NCBI GenBank assembly: GCA_040877865.1
Contig: JBBDND010000126.1
Coordinates: 1 to 25,871 of the forward strand
Origin: Bacteriovoracaceae bacterium
Lineage (GTDB): Bacteria; Bdellovibrionota; Bacteriovoracia; Bacteriovoracales; Bacteriovoracaceae
DNA length: 25,871 bases
Direction: 5' to 3'
Part shown: positions 1 through 7,472 of the stretch, piece after piece
Layout of the letters: the number at the start of each line of letters is the position of its first letter
Position numbering within the stretch: the stretch's first letter is position 1
Notes under the pieces: model-generated
Seen by the model: the letters and a program-made list of their open reading frames with translations, nothing else
What the model was told of the DNA's origin: nothing
The model's database searches: none
Program-made: the position numbers and the translations under genes

Positions 1-623
1 TTGAATCCAGAAGTGTCTGAAATCATTCTTAATAGTTCGCGATAGCCCACATCGTTGACATTGATGGATATTTTCTTGCCAACATATTTTTTTACGCCAG
101 ATTGAGTGAGGTTTTGCAAAATGTCTTCAACGCTTTGAGATTTAGGAATATTAATTCTCTCTTCCAGCTCTTCTTGCGCTTTGGAAACCTGAGCGCCCTC
201 GGCTCGTTTAAGAGTGGTCCTTGAAAAAGCTCCGAATCTATTTTCAATATTTAAAACAATTCGACTTCCTTTTTGTTCCAGGATGGAGCGAACATTGTCT
301 CTTAATTGGATGGCAAAACGAATGGCATTCTTTTCCCCCGGTTTTTTATAGGGCGAGACAAAAACGGCGCTGCCTGAAAATTCAGAGGTGTCTATTCCCC
401 TAAGCAGATTCTTTGGAGCCGCCACATTTTTGAGATCTAGAATGATTTGCTTGTCGTCTTTGATGTGAGTTCTTTCCGCAAAAGCTTCATTATCCAAATC
501 AATGATGAGTTTGGATATTTCGCCCTCTTGCAAAAAATTAACAGCTTTTATTTGAGCGGGATTCTCTTCTGAAACGGCCCATAGGCTCATAAAAGAGAAA
601 ATGCACAAAATCCATTTTAACAT
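1..623 (-). CDS. pilQ: Type IV pilus secretin PilQ, N-terminal part (runs off window edge)
   Basis: Manual translation from ATG at 623 (SD-like GGAAGAGG upstream) is open to the edge: MLKWILCIFSFMSLWAVSEENPAQ..., a signal peptide, then an AMIN-like domain (KLIIDLD...QIILDLKNV), then KKYVGKKISINVNDVGYRELLRMISDTSGF, which resembles the secretin N0 start. It lies directly after pilP. Confidence 0.9.
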   Translation of the reverse strand, partial: MLKWILCIFSFMSLWAVSEENPAQIKAVNFLQEGEISKLIIDLDNEAFAERTHIKDDKQIILDLKNVAAPKNLLRGIDTSEFSGSAVFVSPYKKPGEKNAIRFAIQLRDNVRSILEQKGSRIVLNIENRFGAFSRTTLKRAEGAQVSKAQEELEERINIPKSQSVEDILQNLTQSGVKKYVGKKISINVNDVGYRELLRMISDTSGF

Positions 624-666
624 ATAACCTCTTCCGTAAAGTTACTATGTCATTATCTTACCAAAT

Positions 667-1152
667 TTATTTAGAAATAGGAATAACTGTCTCTAAATAT
701 TCAAGTTCTCCATAAATATTTGTCACTTTTTCCACCAGAATTATACCTCCTGGCAGGATTGCTTTTATTTCGGCTTCATTCGGCCCAAGAGTCATGCCTT
801 CTTTAATAGTAAAAGTGGTTGGCTCATTGCCGACTTTCACAAAAGCTCTTCTTTCCGGGCCAATAAAAACTCCTGTTATTTTAATAGAGTCCAAATCCAC
901 TTGGCCTAATTGCGGCACATTGGTAAACACCCCTTTTTGAATAGGCGTGGTGGACGCTCTTTCAACCCTGGTCTTTAATTTTGGCGGTTGAAACGGATCG
1001 CGAAGCTCAAATGGCTCTTCAATATCGCTTAATTTTTTAAATACCTTTTCAACCTCGCTGGTGGCGGGAGCGCTCTGCGCAAAAGAACTGGTCACAAACA
1101 GGGCCAAAAGACTGAGGAGCGCGGAATTAATTAATATTGAATTGTTTTTCAA
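667..1152 (-). CDS. pilP: Type IV pilus assembly protein PilP
   Basis: RDPF motif and a C-terminal beta domain (LDSIKITGVFIG...RAFVKV...IKEGMTLG), located between pilO and pilQ. The track ORF starts at 1224, but TTG at 1152 gives a clean signal peptide (MKNNSILINSALLSLLALFVTSSFA) and a much smaller overlap with pilO. The start is inferred. Confidence 0.85.
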   Translation of the reverse strand: MKNNSILINSALLSLLALFVTSSFAQSAPATSEVEKVFKKLSDIEEPFELRDPFQPPKLKTRVERASTTPIQKGVFTNVPQLGQVDLDSIKITGVFIGPERRAFVKVGNEPTTFTIKEGMTLGPNEAEIKAILPGGIILVEKVTNIYGELEYLETVIPISK

Positions 1153-1741
1153 TTTCTTCCACCCCGCTTTTTTCTTTATAATTCTTATTATATCTAAAAG
1201 ACTCAACTTTAGTTTGTAAATCAATAATTTGAAAACGGCTGCGCACTTTTTCAGAAATATGCTTTATTTTAACTTCTTTCACATTAAGAATTCTTTCCGC
1301 CTTGGACAAGCTTTCAAAAAAGATCAGCGCTTGCAAAAAGGTGCCGCGTCCTTGGAATTGGTATTCTTTTGCAAAATAAAAGCCGTGATCCGCTTCATTT
1401 CCGGGAGATTGATTCGGCTGCTTCATTTTAAGATCAGTCGCCATATTACCCAGCAACTCTTGCACCTCGGCGTCGTTAACATCCGATGGCAACTGTTTTT
1501 GCACTTTTTCAATCTGCTTGACAACTTCTTGGACCCTGTCCTTGGTGGAGCTTAAATTCTTTTTAAACTCTTCTATTTGAGAAAGTTTAGTTTTCTCCCG
1601 CGCGATTTTGGTTTTCAAAACCGGCGTCTGGGTAATCAAATTTTGATAGGCTTCGTCTTTTTCAGAGTAAAGCATAAAAAGACCCTGAGCGGCATAAGCG
1701 ATAATAAACCAATGTATGTTTTTAATTAATACATTTTTCAT
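1127..1741 (-). CDS. pilO: Type IV pilus assembly protein PilO
   Basis: N-terminal hydrophobic segment, coiled coil, LPSDVNDAEVQELL, GTFLQALIFFESLSKAERILNV; located between pilN and pilP; 4-bp ATGA overlap with pilN. Confidence 0.88.
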   Translation of the reverse strand: MKNVLIKNIHWFIIAYAAQGLFMLYSEKDEAYQNLITQTPVLKTKIAREKTKLSQIEEFKKNLSSTKDRVQEVVKQIEKVQKQLPSDVNDAEVQELLGNMATDLKMKQPNQSPGNEADHGFYFAKEYQFQGRGTFLQALIFFESLSKAERILNVKEVKIKHISEKVRSRFQIIDLQTKVESFRYNKNYKEKSGVEEIEKQFNIN

Positions 1742-2331
1742 TCAAAACTCGCCACGGTTGCTTTAATCTCAAAAACCTCCAAATGCACATCATCCACCAT
1801 ATTGGGAATTGATTCCGGCCGTTCATAGCTGATATTTTTTTGAAAGAATATGGAATTCTTTAGGTTTTCAAGAAAGTTGCCTATATTTTTAAAATTTTTA
1901 GAATAACCTTGCATAGTGATGTCTTTATCATTGAGCTCCAACGAGGTAAGCCACACCCCTTCCGGAATATTTTCTGAAAGATACTTAAACACCTTAAATG
2001 GGTTTTGACGCTTATTGATAATTTGCTTTACCACCTCAAGCTTTTTTGCAAGTTTCGTTTCCCGATCTTTTAGAGCGTCAACTTGCTTTTCTATATTCCC
2101 CATCGCCGCCACTTTACCGCGAATTTCGCGATATTCTTTATTCAAGCTTACTTGTTTTGCCTGCTCCTTGGCCATGGCTTCCTCGTAATAAGACTCGATA
2201 AACCCCTCCGGCACATAAAGGATAACCAGCGCCAATACAATCATTTTGACATTGATTAAACTTAAATCAATGCCGCCAATATTGGTTAAAGAAGCCTCTT
2301 TTCTAGAAGGCGATAAGTTAATCTCAATCAT
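1738..2331 (-). CDS. pilN: Type IV pilus assembly protein PilN
   Basis: Starts MIEINLSP (PilN INLLP-like PilM-binding motif), then TM, coiled coil and IPEGVWLTSL...GYS...IGNFLENLKNS; TAATG overlap with pilM. Confidence 0.92.
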   Translation of the reverse strand: MIEINLSPSRKEASLTNIGGIDLSLINVKMIVLALVILYVPEGFIESYYEEAMAKEQAKQVSLNKEYREIRGKVAAMGNIEKQVDALKDRETKLAKKLEVVKQIINKRQNPFKVFKYLSENIPEGVWLTSLELNDKDITMQGYSKNFKNIGNFLENLKNSIFFQKNISYERPESIPNMVDDVHLEVFEIKATVASFE

Positions 2332-3425
2332 TATATCTTCCTAAGCCCAAGACCCATTGCCACCAATCCAGTGGTGGCGATACTGTCAATGTCTTCTTCA
2401 TTAAAGGCTTTTTTGTCGTATTCTATGGCGTCAAACGGATTTAAATATTGAGGCTCGATATCCACCACCTCTTGCAAGGTTTCGATAAGGCCTGGCAATC
2501 GACAACTGCCGCCGGTAATATAGCAGTACCCCACTTGCTCTGAAGAGCCCGCCGCGATAAAGAAGTTCAAAACTTTTCTAATCTCCCCCATCTGGCTTTG
2601 CAATTGAGAATGAATAATGGCCACAATTTCTTCCGGCAGATTTCCGTTTTCATCCCCTTGAGTTTTTAAATCTTCAGCTTCTTCATAGGAAACTCCCATT
2701 TGTCGCTGGATCTCTTCTGTAATAAGCACCCCGCCCACTGGAATTTCTTTGCTAAGAATAGGGCCGCCGTCTTTGTAAACCAAAACAGTGGTGGTTTGGG
2801 CTCCAAAATCAATGATTACGCTGCCCGCTTCACCAACGTCTTCCAGGGCGTCGCCCATGGCAAGCTCAAATAAATTATTAATGGCAAAAACGTTCAGATC
2901 CACTCTTTTGACGATAAGCCCCGCTTCCTGCAAATACTCCGTGTAGGTTTCGGCAACACCTATTTTTACCGCCGCCACCACCGCGTCAACCACGTCGTCT
3001 TCTTCAATCTTTGCAAGAATGGCGTAATCGACTTCAGATTCGTCCGCTCCAAAAGGGATGTACTGCTCGGGCTCCCATAAAATATTGTGTTCCACATCTT
3101 CTTTAGAGCCGTCTGGCACCTGCAATCTTTTACTCATGGTGTTTGGCCCGTCCATCCCAAGATTGCAAATACGCGCTTTAATTTTGGCGTCTAGCAGCGC
3201 TTGCTTCAGGGCGTCTACAATTTCTTCCGGCTTTTGAATTTCATCTTCTATAATGGCGGCTTCCGACAAAGGAATGGCGGCGTAGTGATCGAGTCTGTAA
3301 CGATTTTTTTTGGGATTGGATAAAAGCGCAAGCTTGACAGCGCTTAGACCGATGTCCACGCCAATGAGTTGGCCCTTTTCAAAATTGGCCATAAAATCTT
3401 TATATTTTTTTGCAAGCTCTGACAA
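2331..3425 (-). CDS. pilM: Type IV pilus assembly protein PilM (actin-like)
   Basis: IGVDIG, EQYIPF, IIDFGAQTT, ITGGSCRL, NPF and MGLGLR motifs of the FtsA/PilM family; TTG start. Confidence 0.95.
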   Translation of the reverse strand: MSELAKKYKDFMANFEKGQLIGVDIGLSAVKLALLSNPKKNRYRLDHYAAIPLSEAAIIEDEIQKPEEIVDALKQALLDAKIKARICNLGMDGPNTMSKRLQVPDGSKEDVEHNILWEPEQYIPFGADESEVDYAILAKIEEDDVVDAVVAAVKIGVAETYTEYLQEAGLIVKRVDLNVFAINNLFELAMGDALEDVGEAGSVIIDFGAQTTTVLVYKDGGPILSKEIPVGGVLITEEIQRQMGVSYEEAEDLKTQGDENGNLPEEIVAIIHSQLQSQMGEIRKVLNFFIAAGSSEQVGYCYITGGSCRLPGLIETLQEVVDIEPQYLNPFDAIEYDKKAFNEEDIDSIATTGLVAMGLGLRKI

Positions 3426-3436
3426 TTTCCCGTCCC

Positions 3437-3449
3437 TGATAAATTATCA
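3437..3449. promoter_or_regulatory. Perfect 6-1-6 palindrome TGATAA-A-TTATCA, putative operator
   Basis: Lies between the predicted pilM -10 box and the start codon. Confidence 0.4.
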
Positions 3450-3456
3450 ATAAGTT

Positions 3457-3486
3457 ATTATACCTAAAAGATTTTTCTTCTATCAA
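3457..3486 (-). promoter_or_regulatory. Sigma70-type promoter for pilMNOPQ
   Basis: Minus strand TTGATA (3486-3481), 18-nt spacer, TATAAT (3462-3457), in the pilD-pilM intergenic gap. Confidence 0.65.
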
Positions 3487-3505
3487 GGTTTTATACCGCA
3501 AAATG

Positions 3506-4291
3506 TTAATTAAAGCCAAAAGGATTAATTTGCGCGAATACCTGAGGAAAGAATATTTGTATGGCGGCTACCACTAGAATATATGGCCCAAAGGCCAAGG
3601 CGGTGTCTTTATTCATTTTTTTTGAAATGATAAGAGCTATGCCAATGACTGAACCTAGCAAACTACTCATAAATATAGTGTTCATCACCCCAACCGGTCC
3701 AAGCAGGACTCCCAAGATTCCAAAAAGCTTGATATCGCCGCCTCCAAGTCCAATTTGTCCTCTTAATTTGTAAAAAAGAAGCGTTACAAGGTAGGGACCT
3801 AAAAAGCCCACCAGTCCTCCAATCAGCCAATGGGGCAAAGGATTAGTTAGAATGGAGTAAGGCAGAGTGATCATTAATAAATAAAGATTTAATTTATCCG
3901 GCAGTATCTGGTGTTCAATATCGATTAGAAAATGGGCGAGAAATATGGCGGCGATGGAAAATTCCACCACAAAGCGCAACATTTCCAGGTGAGTGATTTG
4001 CAGCAAATTGATGTCGCTTGGAAAGAGCAAGAGCGCGAAAAGGCCGGTTAGCAACTCAACCAAGGGATAGCCCCAGCTGATGGCAACGTCGCACTCGGAG
4101 CACTTTCCTCTTAAAAGCAAATAACTAATTACGGGGATGTTTTCATGCCATCTGATTTTATGACCGCATTTAACGCAACTGGAGCGGGGCTTTACCACCG
4201 ACAAACCTCTAGGAATGCGATGAATCACCACATTTAAAAAGGAGCCGATTAACAAACCAAAAATAAAGACAAGGACCTGTACAGCAATCAT
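3506..4291 (-). CDS. pilD: Prepilin peptidase / N-methyltransferase
   Basis: IGSFLNVVIHRIP, two Zn-binding Cys pairs (CVKC, CSEC), catalytic Asp motifs IDIEHQILPD and GGGDIKL, multiple TM segments. Confidence 0.97.
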   Translation of the reverse strand: MIAVQVLVFIFGLLIGSFLNVVIHRIPRGLSVVKPRSSCVKCGHKIRWHENIPVISYLLLRGKCSECDVAISWGYPLVELLTGLFALLLFPSDINLLQITHLEMLRFVVEFSIAAIFLAHFLIDIEHQILPDKLNLYLLMITLPYSILTNPLPHWLIGGLVGFLGPYLVTLLFYKLRGQIGLGGGDIKLFGILGVLLGPVGVMNTIFMSSLLGSVIGIALIISKKMNKDTALAFGPYILVVAAIQIFFPQVFAQINPFGFN

Positions 4292-5067
4292 TAATCTAGA
4301 CTTTTTCTTTTAAAGAGATAGGCGATAATCAACAAAAGCGCCAAAGAGTAAACAAAACTATAACTCAGAGTTGCCGCGAGGTTGGCTCCTCCTATGTTGG
4401 ATTCATACAAAATATGGTCTTTTAAATTAAACCTGTAAAATCCCGGCAATACAAAGTCATAAAGATTTATCGCCTTTTGCAACCAGACGCGATTTAAAAC
4501 AAAAGAAAGGCTAGAAACTTCATGAATGGCGTAACCGGAAATATAAAGAAAGATTGTAAATAATATCGAGAGCACTTGGTTTGTAAGCAAAGATAGTAAC
4601 GTGATGACCAACAACACCACAATCGCCTCTAAAAATATAAAAAAGATTTGCCAACCGATAAGACTGTCAAAATTTCCGCCGGAAATAAAATAAACCAAGA
4701 GTGAAAGTGATGCTAAGATAGAGATGTTCATAGTCAAAACTCCTATCAAACCGAGCAACTTTCCCAAAATGAATTCCACTCTGGAGACGGGCCTTGAAAT
4801 AATCATATAAATAGTGCGACTTTCAATTTCTTTTTTAAGAAGATTGGCGCCAAAGAAGATGGCGATTGCGATAGAGCTTAAAGACAGCGCCCCCAGGCCA
4901 AAGTCAATAGCCACTCTCTGCGGAGCGCCATAGGTGAATTGATGAGCGACAAAAGTGATCACGACAAGACCAAGACCTAAGAAAAGAATATTGTACAAAA
5001 TCTTGCTCTTAAGGATTTCCATAAGAGTAAAACGGGAAATAATTAGAATTTTTTTAATATCTATCAT
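4291..5067 (-). CDS. pilI: ABC transporter permease, Myxococcus-type PilI-like
   Basis: About 6 TM segments with the KEIESRTIYMIISRPVSRVEFILGK motif of ABC-2-like permeases; lies between the ABC ATPase and pilD, as in Myxococcus and Bdellovibrio pil clusters. The symbol is the Myxococcus usage, not the Pseudomonas chemosensory gene. Confidence 0.75.
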   Translation of the reverse strand: MIDIKKILIISRFTLMEILKSKILYNILFLGLGLVVITFVAHQFTYGAPQRVAIDFGLGALSLSSIAIAIFFGANLLKKEIESRTIYMIISRPVSRVEFILGKLLGLIGVLTMNISILASLSLLVYFISGGNFDSLIGWQIFFIFLEAIVVLLVITLLSLLTNQVLSILFTIFLYISGYAIHEVSSLSFVLNRVWLQKAINLYDFVLPGFYRFNLKDHILYESNIGGANLAATLSYSFVYSLALLLIIAYLFKRKSLD

Positions 5068-5923
5068 CGTTTTTAGTTTTGTAGAAGATTTCCTCTAAAG
5101 TCGGTTTATGTTGGTTAACACTGATAATATTAACGTTATGCTCTATTAACTCTTTAATCGTAGCCTGTTTTTCTGAATCTTTAACTTCAATAGATTCAAC
5201 TTGATCATTTCTCATGTATCTTATGGTGGAAAAGGGCTTTAAATTTTTATTGATAATCATGTCCACTTTTCCTTCGTAATGAAGTTTGCCTTCTTTCAAA
5301 AAAATGACTTTTTCGCAGATATCCTCCACATCAGAAATGATATGGCTGCTAAAAAACACTGTTTTTCCTTGCTGATGAATTTCCACGATAATGTCTTTTA
5401 ACTCTTTTCTTCCTAAAGGATCCACTCCCGACAAAGGCTCATCCAAAATAATCAGCTCAGGGTCATGAATAATAGTTGATAAAAAACCTAACCTTTGAAG
5501 CATCCCTTTGGAGTAATTTCTTATTTGTCGGTCTAGGGCGAAATCAATTCGAAATTTGGGAGCCCATTTTAAGATCACTTCTTTAAGTATTTTGGAAGGA
5601 ACGTCACATAAGCTTCCAACGTACAGACAAAACTCACGACCAGTTAGAGAGGGATAAAAGTAAGGCCTTTCAGGCAAATAACCTACTTTAGAGAAAATCT
5701 CCTTTCGCGTGCTGCCAAGTCCAATATATTCAACCTCTCCCTTAGATGGCGGTATAAACTCCATTGCTATTTTCAAGCTTGAAGTTTTTCCCGCTCCATT
5801 GGCGCCCAGAAATCCCACCACCGTGTTTTTCTCAACCTCGAAAGAAACCTTCTCCAAAGCTGTGAACGATTTGGTAAAAATGTCCGTGTCAAAAACTTTG
5901 GTAATATTATTGAACTTCAACAT
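5054..5923 (-). CDS. pilH: ABC transporter ATP-binding protein, Myxococcus-type PilH-like
   Basis: Walker A GANGAGKT, signature YSKGM, Walker B LIILDE, H-loop SSH. The start is placed at ATG 5923 (MLKFNNITK) because the track start at 6007 overlaps the divergent gene. Confidence 0.85.
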   Translation of the reverse strand: MLKFNNITKVFDTDIFTKSFTALEKVSFEVEKNTVVGFLGANGAGKTSSLKIAMEFIPPSKGEVEYIGLGSTRKEIFSKVGYLPERPYFYPSLTGREFCLYVGSLCDVPSKILKEVILKWAPKFRIDFALDRQIRNYSKGMLQRLGFLSTIIHDPELIILDEPLSGVDPLGRKELKDIIVEIHQQGKTVFFSSHIISDVEDICEKVIFLKEGKLHYEGKVDMIINKNLKPFSTIRYMRNDQVESIEVKDSEKQATIKELIEHNVNIISVNQHKPTLEEIFYKTKNDDRY

Positions 5924-5929
5924 ACACTT

Positions 5930-5994
5930 ATTTTTATGGTTTACAGTTGTTCTGACAAGATTTATTGAAGTCTCCGGATAAATTAGGTTAAAAT
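5930..5994. promoter_or_regulatory. Back-to-back sigma70-like promoters for pilH (-) and the pilG-like gene (+)
   Basis: Minus: TTGTCA (5958-5953), N17, AAAAAT (5935-5930), 6 nt, ATG. Plus: TTGAAG (5965-5970), N18, TAAAAT (5989-5994), 5 nt, ATG. Confidence 0.45.
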
Positions 5995-5999
5995 GCGAT

Positions 6000-6833
6000 A
6001 TGACCATAACTCGTCAAAACAGCAATTTTATACACTCTCTGCTCTTTGTAACCCTCCTAATTTCTATGTTGTATGGCAGCCATTATTTAAAAAGAGCTTT
6101 TATGTACGGGAAAATCGAGGTCTCTGCGCAGGAGTCAGTCTTAAACTTCAACAGTAATTTCTTAAAAATATTTAGCATGGGTCAAAAGCGGCTGATATCA
6201 GACACGTTTTGGATCAAAACATTGCTTGACTCTGACCTGGAGCACTACAACAAAAGAGATCTAAACTCTTGGATGTATCTTCGCTTTAACACCATTTCGG
6301 AGCTGGACCCTCTCTTTAAAAGCAATTATGTGTTTGGCGGAAAATATTTGGCTATCGTGAAAGACGATATTCTCGGCGCCAACAAGCTACTTTTGCGGGG
6401 ACTTAAACACTTTCCGGAGGAAAAAGACATTATTCAGATGCTCGCTTTTAATTACACTTTTGAATTAAACGATTTTCACAATGGACATTATTTTTACAAG
6501 AAGTTAAGCCAGTTTCCGAATAGTCCGGAATTCATCTCCTCTCTTTTGGTGAAGATTCAATACGCCGACTCTTTGGATCTTGACGAGGCTCTGGCTTCCC
6601 TAAAAAGTCTTCTCAACAGCGAGAGCGACTTGAACAGCGCAATGGCCGCTAAACTTCAAAAAGATATTCACAACATAACCATCCAACTAGACCTAGAATG
6701 TCTAAACCTAGGGGGAAATAATTGCTCCAAAAAGGATCCAAACGGCATGGGGTACAAAAAAAGGAGAGGGGTTTATGTTGCCCCAGGAGATTATTCGCCA
6801 TACAAACTTCATATCAAAAGAACTAAACCATAG
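6000..6833 (+). CDS. pilG: PilG-like (Myxococcus PilG / Geobacter XapA-like) membrane-anchored helical/TPR-like protein
   Basis: N-terminal TM, then MGQKRLISDTFWIK, ISELDPLFKSNYVFGG, LLRGLKHFPE...LAFNY and C-terminal DPNGMGY, a pattern I recall from PilG/XapA accessory proteins; adjacent to the ABC pair. Confidence 0.65.
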   Translation: MTITRQNSNFIHSLLFVTLLISMLYGSHYLKRAFMYGKIEVSAQESVLNFNSNFLKIFSMGQKRLISDTFWIKTLLDSDLEHYNKRDLNSWMYLRFNTISELDPLFKSNYVFGGKYLAIVKDDILGANKLLLRGLKHFPEEKDIIQMLAFNYTFELNDFHNGHYFYKKLSQFPNSPEFISSLLVKIQYADSLDLDEALASLKSLLNSESDLNSAMAAKLQKDIHNITIQLDLECLNLGGNNCSKKDPNGMGYKKRRGVYVAPGDYSPYKLHIKRTKP

Positions 6834-6863
6834 TTTTTTAAGAGAATTCAGCAGGCGTTTACT

Positions 6864-7472
6864 ATGACTATTACAAATGAAAAAAAGGCTCAAAGGCATA
6901 TTAGTAAATATGAAAATACAAACTTTATTCATAGACACGTTTTAAACGCCTTTCAAAACAAGCTATTAACACTAATGAATAAAAAGTATAAAAATGTCTT
7001 AGAAATAGGCTGTGGGGAAGGATTGTTATTAAAATCTCTTCTAATCAAAGGCTTTATGACGGAAAGTTATTGTGGGATTGACACCAGAAGAGAGGCGATA
7101 AAAGTGGCGCAAGAGATTCACCCCAACTTTTCTTTTAAGTGGACGGCTTATCAAGATTTCGCAACCACAAAGAACTTCGATTTGATTATTTGCAGCCAAG
7201 TTTTGGAGCATTTAGAGGAGCCTTCACAATGTTTGCAAAAAATTGCAGAGCTGGCTAACAATGAAACAGATATTGTTTTGTCCGTTCCCTGGGAACCTTG
7301 GTTTATGCTTTCAAACTTTGTCAGGGGAAGGGACTTACTAAGTTTCGGAAACCATCCAGAACACATTCAACATTGGTCAGCGTCTTCTTTTCAGAAGTTG
7401 GCGAGAAAACATTTTAGCGCCAATCACTTGGCCCTTTCGTTTCCATTTTTGATAATAAAGTCGAACTTATGA
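6864..7472 (+). CDS. Class I SAM-dependent methyltransferase
   Basis: VLEIGCGEG (motif I), FDLIICSQVLEHLEEP, and SVPWEP...GNHPEHIQHWS; ATGA overlap with the next gene. Confidence 0.92.
   Translation: MTITNEKKAQRHISKYENTNFIHRHVLNAFQNKLLTLMNKKYKNVLEIGCGEGLLLKSLLIKGFMTESYCGIDTRREAIKVAQEIHPNFSFKWTAYQDFATTKNFDLIICSQVLEHLEEPSQCLQKIAELANNETDIVLSVPWEPWFMLSNFVRGRDLLSFGNHPEHIQHWSASSFQKLARKHFSANHLALSFPFLIIKSNL

Noticed and set aside
221-403. 60-aa plus-strand ORF
   Set aside because: Antisense shadow inside pilQ, which the ORF track missed because it is truncated by the window edge.
6000-6875. pilG-like and methyltransferase proteins both begin MTIT
   Set aside because: The DNA differs at third codon positions and similarity ends after four codons; likely coincidence.
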